Assembly (NCBI RefSeq): GCF_009914755.1
Contig: NC_060932.1
DNA length: 64,000 bases
From: the human T2T-CHM13v2.0 reference genome, Homo sapiens
Direction: 5' to 3' (one strand)
This document shows positions 1 to 12,527 of this stretch, piece after piece. A model generated the notes under the pieces. The model searched no databases. It saw only the letters and a program-made list of their open reading frames with translations, and was not told where the DNA came from. Positions within the stretch are counted from its first letter, which is position 1. Each line of letters begins with the position of its first letter. A program made the translations under genes and the position numbers.

Positions 1-737
1 TGCACTCACCAATCTGGGTGCTGGTTCATGAGTGGGAAGACCCACTGGTGTCACTCAAGGCTTTTGATAACAAAGAACATTTTTTTCTTCCCAGTAAAAA
101 CAGAACCCAGCCCTCCAGAGGTGAGTCACACCCTCTCAACCTCTCTCCACCCCCTCGTTGTTTCCCCTATCTGATCTGCCCCTCCTTCTCTCTCCTTCAG
201 AATGTTTTCTATGTGCAGTGTTTTCTCACCTTAGATTGCTCTCTCCTTCTTTCAGCCTTCTAATCATCTTGTCCATTCTTTCTGTTTCTCACTCATATTT
301 GTCTCTTGTCATCACTCTCCTCTCCTCTCTCCTCTGTCTCTCTCCCCTTTCCCTCTCTTTTCTTTTCTCCTCTCCTCTCCCCCACCCTCATTCATCCTGT
401 GGAGTCTGAAGCCGTCACACCACAGATTTTCCATGTGAGCAGAAAATGGAGACACACGAACAACACACCTCTTCACAGATTCCATGGATGGGCCACAGAG
501 GTAATGGTAAGCTGCAGAACACCGAGTCCCCTTCTCACCACGCCTCCTCAACTGGGGCTGTGGGGCCTGCAGGTGGTTCCTCTGTCCCAGGTGCCTTTCC
601 AGAAAGACACAAGGGGATAAGAGATTTTCTTCATTCATGGTTTTAAGGAAACCGATATCCATATGCAACAGAATGAAATAGGACCCTTCTGTTACACAAC
701 AAAAAATCAACTCCAAATGGGCTTAAAACCTCAATAC

Positions 738-1058
<321 letters not shown>

Positions 1059-1134
1059 TCATCGTAAAACTGTAAGAAACTACAGGGGGAGCTTACTTCC
1101 AGGACAACTTGAATCCAAGCTCACAGGGTGGAAA

Positions 1135-1135
1135 G

Positions 1136-1210
<75 letters not shown>

Positions 1211-1260
1211 CAGAGGAGAGGAGAGAGACAGAGGGGGGAGGGCAGAGAAGAGAAGAGAAA
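1135..1260 (+). repeat. (GA)n / purine-rich microsatellite
   Basis: Direct reading. Confidence 0.95.
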
Positions 1261-1433
1261 GTAAAACAGGGTAAGATCTCATTTTAAAACTGGGCACCAA
1301 AATCATAAGCAACAAAATCAAAAATCGACGTGCAGGGGCTACAGTAAACTGAAAAGCTGCTGCACCGCAAAACCCATGAACTCCCTGCGTCAAGTGGGGG
1401 TGACGAGAGGGACAGGAGGGGACACGCGCTGCC

Positions 1434-2799
1434 GGGGGTGGAGAAAAGTGGCCCTTGTGCCCCAAAGGTGGGAACTCAGATAAAAAAATCAGCAAACCCT
1501 GGAGGTGACTAGGATCCTTTTTCTTCCGTCTGAGGCTTGGACCCAGCGCAGCCAAACTCCGACCCTGGCCTGGGCGGCTTCCCCTTCCTCCCAAGGCCGG
1601 AGCTTCCCTCTCTCTGTCTACACGGGGGAGTTTCCCTCAGAAAGAGTCCTAACGTCCTGAAGTATCACAGCCTCCTATGCTGCCACCCTCCAAAGCCCTC
1701 AGGGAATGAGAACTACTGTAAAATAAATACTAAAATGCTACCAGATTAAGATGAAAAGGAGAACCTAACAGGAAGAAACAGAACATTCTAGAAAACGAAA
1801 GCTTCTGTACTCACCATGAAGGAAAAAACGCCCGGGAGAAACCCGCAACACGAAGAAGCCACACCGAAGTTCCGTCTTCAGCAGTCAGCTACTGACAGGA
1901 GCTGTTTCTTCCCCAGGGCGCAGCCACAAGTCGTCCCGAACCTGCTGCAGTGCCGGAGAGTCCTCAGGGAACTGGAGCGCTACTTCTCCACAGTACAGAC
2001 GCCACGCTGCACATCACACCACTGACACCATGCACACCACGCACACCACACATACCACGCTGCATCTGCGCAGAGAACACGCATGCATACCACATGGGGG
2101 GCAGAAAAGGCGGTTTGGCGATCCCTGCCGGTCACATTGCGCAGTGCAGGCTGATTCCACCTCAAGGTCTCCATCAGCCCAGGCCATGGCCCCAACCTTT
2201 GGTTTTTGACCTTGGAATTACTGCTAACGGGGAGAGGAAGGCTGACAGTGTTTTCCACACAAATTATTTCTCCTGCACGTCCTCATTACAGAAGCAGCTA
2301 CAATAACGTCCACTGGCACACACAGGCCACTACCCTCTGTGATGGGCCAGTGTTGGGGGCAGTGATCAGGTTTTGGGGATGGGATGTCGAGGCAGCAGAG
2401 CGACACTGGGAAGGGTCCATGGATCTCGGCCCAGCTCAGAGGCTGGCGGCGGGAGGCCTGTGGCTGAGCAGCAATGGACCATATGGTTGACTTTGGAAGC
2501 CACGGGCACTGTCCTGGCTAAGGGACGTTGAGAAGGGGATGCAGGTGGGAAGCAAGGCCTCAACTCCCTCCCTCTCATCTGGATTTAACTGATCTTTGGC
2601 TGGTTCCATTAGGTGCGTGCTTGCAACCAATACCTCCCCGGGGGCCTGCTGAGCTGCAGCCTAGGAGACACTGGGCAGCCAGGAGGCTGCTTGGCAGCAA
2701 CCCTGGTCTGCAGGGGCTGGGAGACCTTCCCTTGGCTCCTCTCCCCTCCAGCAGGGGGTGGAGAAAAGTGGCCCTTGTGCCCCAAAGGTGGGAACTCAG
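1434..2799 (+). repeat. Perfect 46-bp dispersed direct repeat (1434-1479 and 2754-2799)
   Basis: gggggtggagaaaagtggcccttgtgccccaaaggtgggaactcag occurs identically twice, 1320 bp apart. Confidence 0.9.
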
Positions 2800-5686
2800 G
2801 TGGGAGAAAGCCAAGCAGTGCTCCCTTGGCTTTCTGGGGGCCCCATGGTACTGGATTCCCACCAACCTTGGGTTTTGGAGATTCCAATCCCCATGTGTTT
2901 GGTGGCATTTCCCCTTTTCTCTCTTGTTTTCAAGGCCTTTACCACGAGCGGCCCTTTATCCATGTTGTTCACCAGGCCTGCCCCACCCCAGCTCCCTAGC
3001 CAGCACAGGAGCTGCCGGAGACCAAGCCCTGAAACACCCCCATCCCCACCCCCTTGCAGCCTTCTCCACACTGTTCCCACTGGCCTGATGCCTGGGGAGT
3101 TCCTCAGTTATGCCTCCCCAAACCCCAGTCTAGTGGGCTGAGGCAATACTTCCTCCTCGAAGTGGCCCAGCTGAGAACGAATGATGCCCTCCAGTGCGCA
3201 GTCAGGCTGAAATGGGCTCTTTGCATCCACAGTGGAAACCTAGAGGTAAGTAAGTTCGTGGGGAAGCAGAGTTCTAGGTCTTCTATGCCCTGAAAGGTTT
3301 ATTTTCAAGACGGCTGAGCAATCCAGCTTTCTACAGAATGAAGGAGCCAGGTATCCAGCATTCGAGACCCATGGAGAATGAGAGGAGGTAAGAGAGGATG
3401 ATCTTTCAGCTGTGGAATGCTCTTTGGCACAACCTTTATGGGAGGGGATCAGTTCTGGTTCTGCCATAGCCCCAGCTGCCCCTCTCCCCAAGCCCCTGCC
3501 AGTGAGGCTGACCCTTTGAGCTTACTTCATAACAGTAATTAACCCTGCCATACTCATGGACTTTGTCGTCTTGGTTCTCCCATCTCCCTTTCTCCTGTGA
3601 CAGGTCCATTGCTGGCAGTGGACTGGTGAAGTCCTCACTCCAGCCTCCTTTCAGCTCTGCCCCCCACTCCCCAAGGGGAAGGGTCCATTAGAAAGTGGCT
3701 CATCCCATGGTACATGGTTTCTTCATAGCCACACTGGGACCCTTAGGTAGAAATTAACCTTCCCCCTTTATGGATCATTAAAAAATGGTAATAGCACCTG
3801 TGGAGAGAATGTCCTCTTCCCTGCTGGCTGCCCCACCCAGACCATGCAGATAGCAACACCCAGGGTACAGGCTGGGGCAGGGTATAGTGGGATGGGCAGC
3901 AATGGTCCCCTAGGTCTGGAGAAAAGTCTGCAGACTGTGCCTTTGGCAGGATCTTTCTGCAGTTAGCTCTGTCCAGGGAAGAATGAAAGGCATTTCCCAG
4001 CCTGTCTCCTGGGCAGGCGCCTCAAATCCAGGGATGAGCTACATTCTGAAGGGGCCAGCCCTCTTTTTGATTTTATTGTGTCCCCAAATCCAGGGCTTTT
4101 GGGGGTGACAGGGAATCAGGCTTCCAGTGGGGATATATTGCTTTTTATCTATAGGTGGAGAAGATTCCAGAAGAAGAATATTGTCTGACTTCCCTGTTCT
4201 CTCTGGGCAATTGGTTCCTTGGTTCTCTCCCCAGCTCCATGTTGTCTCAGTCTCCTGTACCCCAGCACCCCTCCAGGCCTTCCATGTGGGCCCCTAGATC
4301 ACGCTACTCACCTTCACACACCCACAACTGAATTCATTGACTAGCTTGCTGATACCTCATAATTCTCAGCCAGAGCAAGCCCTCGGATGACCCACCAGGC
4401 CTTGCCACTCCAGATGTTACCTTGTGGGCATTCCTGGCACCATTTTCCCTCTGGGTCCTATAAGCTCCCAAATGCAAGAGGTCCTGGAGTACACCTGTGT
4501 GCCTGGCAACATCCAGCTCTGTGTTTCTGCTCCATTGAGGTGTCTCATTGCTTCCATTGCCCCTCGTAGGGCACCAAGCCTCTAGCAAAGGGAGGCAGCA
4601 ACCCCCGGCCTGACCACTGGATCTGCAGGTTCAGATCTCACCAGGGATAGCCCAGACTTCAGCTTGCTTTTTTGAGTATCAGGGCCCCAGTCCCTTAGTG
4701 CCCAGGGACTCAGAGTTTGGAGTAATCCTAGCCCTGACAAGAAGTAGGGGTGCTGGTGGGGAGTATCTGTTGGCTGTTCATGAACCTCTGGTTTCCCAGG
4801 CCTCTCTCCACTGGACATGGCAGCATCTCTGAATTACAGATTGCAATGTGCTGCCCTGCACGGTTGAACCATTTCTGATGCTTACTAGGCATTCTTTCCC
4901 ATGTGCCCTGTCTCCTTTTCAATGCCAGTGACTTCCAATGGCCTATGCTTATTCACAGCAATAGTACCTAGGGAGTGCCCATGAAGCCCTTTTGTCCTGG
5001 TCCCTTGGTCTGCATGGGTTCCCTGGGGAGGCAGCTGCTGAGTGGGTCGGTTCCTGGGAACCTGCATTTAGGAAGCTCTGGGCTGTGCAGGCATCACCCT
5101 GGGATTCAGACAGGTGAGAGGCCCAGCCCTTAGAGGAGCTATGTCAGGGAGAGTGCCTTCCACCCTGAAGCCACCCTAGACCTGGAGGAGCTGCAGTCCC
5201 CTCCTCTGCTAAAGGGCCTTTGAGGAGAGTGGGGCTGACTCCCAACTGGGCAGCTCTTGAGAAGGACAAACGGCTGGTTTGTGCACCCATTGTCTGCTCT
5301 GTGTCTCCGTTGGTCCCTCTGTCTCTTCCTTTTCACATTTCTGCACATAAAATATACTGGCGTTTGTGTTCCACAAGGCAAATGTCCACTCTTTGCCTTG
5401 TAGACACTCAGCGGTTCATTTGCTCCTCAGATATTTTTTAACTCAGTGCTGGCTCATTGGCAACATGACCTTAGCCTTGCCTCCCTATGATTCGTGCTCC
5501 CAGAGCTTCCGGTTGATCCTCTACAACACACATACCGAGCCCCTGCTCCTCTACCCCAACCCTCTCCCATCCTTCAGTGGCTCTCACTGTCCTACAGCAG
5601 GGGTGGCAAATCTCTAGTGCCCACCCAGTACACTCTAGTGGAGTGTACTGCTCCACCCCTGCAGTACAGGGGACATTGCTAACTGA

Positions 5687-6040
<354 letters not shown>

Positions 6041-6344
6041 TAACACATGCTCTGAAATTAGCACACTAGCAATGAAATGAAGATGACTTATGAAATAAAA
6101 CCCACAGGTCATCCTCTGTACTGCAAGGTGGAACTCAATCTCTGGAGAGTGGCATTCCAGGCTTTTCATGACCCCTCCAGCCATTTCCCTTCTGCCCTCT
6201 CCAGGCTCTCTAGTCCCCATTCCATGCCTTTGCTCCTCCTTTTCCATCTGTCTAGAATGTTCTTCATCCCCTATCTCCTGGCAAACTACTCCTCATGCTT
6301 CAAGACCTCTGTGAAGCCTCTTCCCCTCCCCCAGCACTCATGTG

Positions 6345-6359
6345 CTCTCTCTGACTCTG

Positions 6360-6395
<36 letters not shown>

Positions 6396-6430
6396 CACAC
6401 ACACATATACACATACGTACATCCATATAC
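6345..6430. repeat. Compound (TC)n(TA)n(CA)n microsatellite
   Basis: Direct reading. Confidence 0.9.
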
Positions 6431-6926
6431 CTACACATGCACCTATTACTGACTATCAAACCCCAGGAAAGCTTACTAGCAAGGTCACTGAGAGTAAGGA
6501 TGCTGCCTCACTCAGTGACCAGCAGTGACTCATATGTGCATGTGGAATCACCGTACAAAGAAAATGTAGGTTCTGTGCTTGCAAATGGCCCTGACCTTCA
6601 TGGCACTACAGGGTGGATGATTAGCTACTCACAACACAGATGCAGAAAAGGGTCCATCTTTACCTGCCCCAGTATCGAGAAAAAGCAGTATGCATTCATT
6701 AACTGCACCTTTCAAAGTACTGTCCCGCCACATAGAGTTTCTGCTCCCTATCTTCCTTCAATAAATTCCCTCTTTTTTGGTTAACTTGTCTCTTGGCTGA
6801 AATCTTTTTCCCAATACAAACAAAGGGCTGAGGATTTCTGCACTTCCTAGTACCACTAATATAGCCACAGAAACTTTCTGTAAATGGTTTCATGGTATGT
6901 TTTTTCCATCCTGTTATTTTTAAGGG

Positions 6927-7221
6927 TTTTTTTTTTCTTTTTTTTTTTTTTGAGTCGGAGTCTCGCTCTGTTGCCAGGCTGGAGTGCAGTGGCGCAATCT
7001 CGGCTTACTGCAACCTCCGCCTCCTGGTTCAAATGATTCTCCTGCCTCAGCCTCCCAAGTAGCTGGGTGTCTGCCACCACGCCCAGTTAATTTTTTGTAC
7101 TTTTAGTAGAGAAAGGGTTTCACCATGTTGGCCGGGATGATCTCGATCTCTTGGCCTCGTGATCCACCGCCTCGGCCTCTCAAAGTGCTGGGATTACAGG
7201 CGTGAGCCACCGCACCTGGCC
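6927..7221 (-). mobile_element. Alu (AluSc-like)
   Basis: Poly-T followed by Alu reverse complement. Confidence 0.95.
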
Positions 7222-7224
7222 TTT

Positions 7225-7765
7225 TTTTTCCATTTTAATAAGTACACTTAACATGAGATCTCTTAACATGAAATCTACCCTCTTAACAAAATTTTAAGTA
7301 CATTATACAGCATTGTTAACTGTAAGCACAGTGCTGCACAGCACATCTCTAGAACTTACTTATCTTGCATAACTGAAGCTTCATAGCCCTTGAGCAGTGA
7401 CTCCCCATTTCCTTCTCCCTCTGCCCCTGGCATTCTACTCCACTGCTGTTAGGCTGACTATGATAGAGACCTCACACAAATGGAGCCAGGCAGCATTTTT
7501 TCTCCTGTGACTGACTTATTTCACTCAGCATAATGTGCTCCAGTGTTATCCATGTTGTAGCATATGGCAAGATTTAATTCTCTATGAATTTGAATAGTAT
7601 CCCATTGCATCTATACACCACATTTTCTGTAAACATTCATTGATCAGTGGACCTTACATTGCCTCCCTGTCTTTGAAACTGTGATTAATACTGCAATGAA
7701 TAAGAGTGTATCGATATTTCTGCAAGATCCTAACTTCCATTCTTTCGGATGCATACTCAGATGTG
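7225..7765 (-). mobile_element. Old L1 (L1MA/MB) 3' end
   Basis: 'ctagaacttacttatcttgcataactgaa' and 'gacttatttcactcagcataatg' are typical of an antisense L1M 3' region. Confidence 0.8.
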
Positions 7766-7997
7766 TTCTTTGTTTTAAGGGTATATATTTTTATTTAGTT
7801 TGTCAATCCAAGTGAGAGCCTGGCAGGGCTCTATCACTTCAGTCACAAGAAACTGAGACCTGCCCCTCATCTCTGATTTTCATAGGTTTTGTCTCACCTC
7901 TCAGCTTCCTGCCTCCTGTGGATTGGGATTCCATATCTGTCATAACAGGGATTAGTGTGGGCTAGAAATCCTCGGTCTCCTGTTTCTTTTCCATCCC

Positions 7998-8807
7998 TGT
8001 GATATCATAAATTATGAATTTGGTCTTTGACCCCATTTCCCATCATACAACTCATAAAACGTTTAGAATTACTGAAGTGATGCCTTTTTGTATGCCACTG
8101 AGATGACTGATGGCCAGCAGTCCCTAGGTAGCTTCAGGATAGGGGCCAGTCACCAGAAAGACCAAGGCAGGGTTAGAGGATAGGGACTTCCAGCCTTGTC
8201 TCCCAACCTCCATGGAGGGAAGAGGGGCTGCAGGTTAATCACCAGTGGTCAGTAGTTTACTCCATCAAGCTTGTGTGATGAGGCCTCCATAAAAACCCAA
8301 AGGGGGCTGGATTGGGAGAGCTTCTCGGGGACTGAACACATGAAGGTTACTGGATGGTTGTGCACCTCTTCCCATACCTCACCCTATGCACCTTTTCATC
8401 TGTGTCGGTTATATCCTTTATAATAAACCAGTGAATTTAAGTAAGTGTTCTCCTGAGTTCCGCAAGGCATTCTAGCAAATTAATTGAAGCCAAGGAGGAG
8501 TTGTGGGATCCTCAGTTTATAGGTCTTTGGTCAGAAGCACAGATGAAGCAACCTGGGCTTGTGATTGGCATAAGAAGTGGGGCACAGTCTTCGTGAAAGA
8601 GCCCTCAAGCTGTAAGATCAGACCCCATCTTCATGTAGATAGTGTCAGAACTGAGTTGAGTTAGAGGACACCCAGGTGGGGTCCACTACAAAACTGATGG
8701 CTTGCTTTGTGGGAGCGAGAAATCCCCACACATTTGGTCACGGAAGCCTTCTGTGCTGATTGTTGTGGTGACAGCAGAGCAAAGGCAGTCTGTGCTCTTT
8801 CCACTCA
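7998..8807 (+). mobile_element. MER21-family solo LTR
   Basis: Begins tgtgata; 'agcttcaggataggggccagtcaccagaaagaccaaggcagggttagagg' is the MER21 signature; AATAAA near 8423. Confidence 0.75.
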
Positions 8808-9368
8808 GCCCCGAAGACACTGAATGACACTCATAGCGCTTTCAGCGTCCTAGGGCATGGGCAGGTGTACTTTCACTGTGTAGCCTGTCTTTTCCTTTGT
8901 GGCGTCCCAGTCGTCCATCCTGGGGCATGTTACCGATCCACTTGCAGACAGTCTCAGAACCTGCAGACTTCACAGGCTGCCTTATAGATAAAGAGCACTA
9001 ATGTGCATGAGTTTCCTCTTTGACTCCACAAACCTCAACACCTTTCCCCTGGGCCACATGCTGACTACTCCCCTAACCCAAAACTTGTCCTGAGACATGG
9101 GCACAAACACACATCAAGGTCACATGCCCAGACACATGGGATGACCAGAGTATTTTCCACCTGAGCTTCCTGCCTTTGTGGCAATGACTGGGCTGAGATG
9201 ATTTATCTTAATAGTTAAGCATAAATATCGGGGGGATAAAAGGTCACCAATTCAGTGAAGGTCTCAGATCGTTGCTCCAGCAAGGAGAAGTGCCTGCGTT
9301 TCCCTTATTCTGGCCTTAGTGACAAGAGGAGAGAAGGGATCTAGGGGTCCTAGAGGAGATCAGACAAG

Positions 9369-9697
9369 AGGCTTGGGCCTCGTTTCCCTGGGGGTAGGGG
9401 CCCTGGGCTGCACTGGGCTCTGTTCACCTCCTGAATGGGAATGCTCACCCTCAGCCTCAGACAGGAGGCCAGAGTAGTAAGGGAGGCCACCAGGCCAGAC
9501 CTGGAACAAGAGCTCCCACAGAGACCCCTGAGCGCTGTGGGAAACAGCAGGCGTCACTGTATGGGGCTTCTCCTAGGAGCTGGGGACCCAGGCCACAGTG
9601 TCCACAGGACTCTGCTGCTTGCTCCAGTGCAGAAGGAGATGACCCTCAGTTCTAGAAGATGGGGCTGGCTGAGTGAGTGCAGAGTGCGGGCAGGACC
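9369..9697 (-). pseudogene. Highly decayed IGLV clan I (IGLV1/2-like) V-exon relic with a degenerate 23-RSS
   Basis: Minus strand: ttttag|ggtcctgcccgcactctgcactcactcagccagcc (~GSWAQSALTQPA); gagggtcatctccttctgcactggagcaagcagc (FR1/CDR1); ccccagctcctaggagaagcccc (FR2); tccaggtctggc...gcctccctt...tctggcctcctgtctgaggctgagg (FR3); heptamer-like cccaggg at 9401-9407 plus a 23-nt spacer. Confidence 0.65.
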
Positions 9698-9983
9698 CTA
9701 AAAGGGCACCAGGGCCACCTCTGCCAGCACAGAGGCTGACACAGGGAGGGCGCAGCCACCCCTGCATGGTGACAGTGACTGGTGTTTCACATTTACCAAT
9801 CCCTGCTTCTGGCATCTGAGGGTCCTGTGCTGTCTCCTCTGCTGACACCCACCTGCGCACCATCTCAAGGGAAAACACATACAAACACACAATAATAAAA
9901 TAATGAAATGGCCCACAGAACCTATCTACTCGTTGTTGAAATTTTTATTACTTTCCTCAGGTTAGAAAATATTTCACCATTTG

Positions 9984-10049
9984 CTAACCTGCACAATGTG
10001 CACATGTACCCTAAAACTTAAAGTATAATAAAAAAAAAAAGAAAAAAAA
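9984..10049 (+). mobile_element. Extremely 5'-truncated young L1 (L1PA2/L1HS-type 3' tip plus polyA)
   Basis: ctaacctgcacaatgtgcacatgtaccctaaaacttaaagtataat + A-tail; perfect 20-bp TSD agaaaatatttcaccatttg at 9964-9983 and 10050-10069. Confidence 0.92.
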
Positions 10050-10485
10050 AGAAAATATTTCACCATTTGTTCAAATTACCTCCTGTATTATTTGCTGAGT
10101 TTTGTGGTTGTTTTCTTTTAGATACATTGGAAGTTTATCATTTTAATGAGAGTAGAATAATAAACAGTCTGAAATTTTAAGGAGTTACATAAAAAGCAAT
10201 ATAGCCTTTTCCTCTTTCGCTTGCTGTCTCCCCTTCCCCTCCTTCTTTCTCCAAATGGAGGGAGTTCTTTTTTTCTTCTTCCATCTCATCTACTCAATAA
10301 CGGAGCCGCTGCAGCCGCTGCACGCTGCACACACACGGCACAGTCCCTGGGTCCGGGAGCCAGAGCAGCGCCACTCGGAGACGGGATGGTTCCGTGGGTT
10401 GTGTAGGAGCACAGGAAAGCGGAGGCCGGGCCACACAGCACGGCGAACCCAGCAGCCCAAGCCCAGCGGACCAAGCAGCCACCCC

Positions 10486-10718
10486 CGGGAGCCGCCACTG
10501 CCTGGAGCAGTCACCGGCGGGAGCCTCCATTTCCAGGAGCCGCCACCGCTGGGAGCTGCCACAGCCGGGAGCCGCCACCGCCAGAAGCCTCCATCTCCCG
10601 GGAGCCGCCATCGCTGGGAGCCGCCACCTCCAGGAGCCGCCACGGCCACCGGGAGCCGTCACCGCAGGGAACCTCCATCTCCTGGAGCCACCACCGCTGG
10701 GAGCTGCCACCTCAGGAG
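10486..10718 (+). repeat. CpG-rich 16-17-bp minisatellite (consensus ~GGGAGCCGCCACCGCC/T, about 13-14 copies)
   Basis: Direct reading of tandem ggagccgccacc units. Confidence 0.9.
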
Positions 10719-10967
10719 CAGCGGCAGCACTGGGACCCGCCGGGCCCCCTCGCACCCAGCGGCTCTGCAGGTGCCCTACACCCGGGAGGGGCCGAGGGAG
10801 CCCACGCCGCCGGCGGGACCGCAGGGATTTGCTGGCTCTTTCTGCGCTGAGGGGTCGCGGCGCGGGGCGGAGGTCGGGTGGGGAAAGCTGGAGCCGCAGG
10901 GAACGCGCAGGACAGGCTCGCTGGGTGTCGACTCTAGCCCTCTGTCAGAGACCTTGGGACCCGCGCA

Positions 10968-11647
<680 letters not shown>

Positions 11648-12015
11648 AAAATCTAAAGTAAAGAGGTCAAAGATCGGAAACCCCTGCCCCTACACCTTTC
11701 AAGAACTGCTTGGTAAGAACTGCTCGTAGTTACGGTAAAGATGCCTTGAGCCAGGATAGCAGTACATTGTTGCTGTAGCTGGTTGTATTATTTTGTTAAA
11801 CATTTCCATAAAGATTTAAGAGGTGTACACATGTGTAATATAGGAAGGAAGGATGTAAAGTAGTATGATCTGGGGCTTCTCCACTCCTGCCCCAGATTGT
11901 GGAGGCTGCAGTGGGGCCTCTCCTTATTTGTGCATTGGTCTCTGTGCCACAACCAAGCTTCACTTCGTCTTGAATGTCAGCATATGTTGCTGCTGCTTAA
12001 ATATTTTATAATTTC

Positions 12016-12202
12016 AAAAAATTAGCTGGGCGTGGTGGTGGGCGCCAGTAGTCCCAGCTACTCGGGAGGCTGAGGCAGGAGAATGGCCGTTAACCTGGGA
12101 GGTGGAGCTTGCAGTGAGCCGAGATTGCGCCACCGCACTCCAGCCTGGGTGAAAGAGCAAGACTCCGTCTCAAGAAAAATAATAAAATAAAATAAAATAA
12201 AA
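12016..12202 (+). mobile_element. 5'-truncated AluY-like element (right monomer)
   Basis: Right arm plus (TAAAA)n tail; TSD ~atatt(t/g)tataattt. Confidence 0.9.
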
Positions 12203-12332
12203 TATATTGTATAATTTACTTGTATAATTCTATGTGAATGTTGCTTATGTAATAGGATTATTTTGTAAAGCTTTCTGTTTAAATATTTTAAATTTGCATA
12301 TCACAACCCTGTGGTAGTATGAAATGTTACTG

Positions 12333-12527
12333 GTTTTTTTTTTTCTTTTTTCTTTTTTCTTTTTATTTTTTATATTATTATTATACTTTAAGTTCTAGGG
12401 TACATGTGCACAACGTGCAGTTTTGTTACATAGGTATACATGTGCCATATTGGTTTGCTGCACCCATCAACTCGTCCTTTACATTAGGTATTTCTCCCAA
12501 TGCTATCCCTCCCCCAGCCCCCCACCC
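12333..12527 (-). mobile_element. L1PA (PA6/7-like) 3' fragment
   Basis: tatactttaagttctagggtacatgtgcacaac; TSD gaaatgttactg at 12321-12332 and 12528-12539. Confidence 0.92.

Noticed and set aside
2200-5100. Faint resemblance of minus-strand fragments to FAM90A-like motifs (e.g. ..YEDLQ.., KK.R.GPF)
   Set aside because: Only a few short degenerate matches; cannot be supported without a tBLASTn search
6077-6784. 235-aa ORF
   Set aside because: Runs through an L2-like fragment and a microsatellite; no domain or coding signature
10486-10718. Regularly spaced repeats resembling a CRISPR array
   Set aside because: Eukaryotic DNA; head-to-tail minisatellite units with no unique spacers and no cas genes
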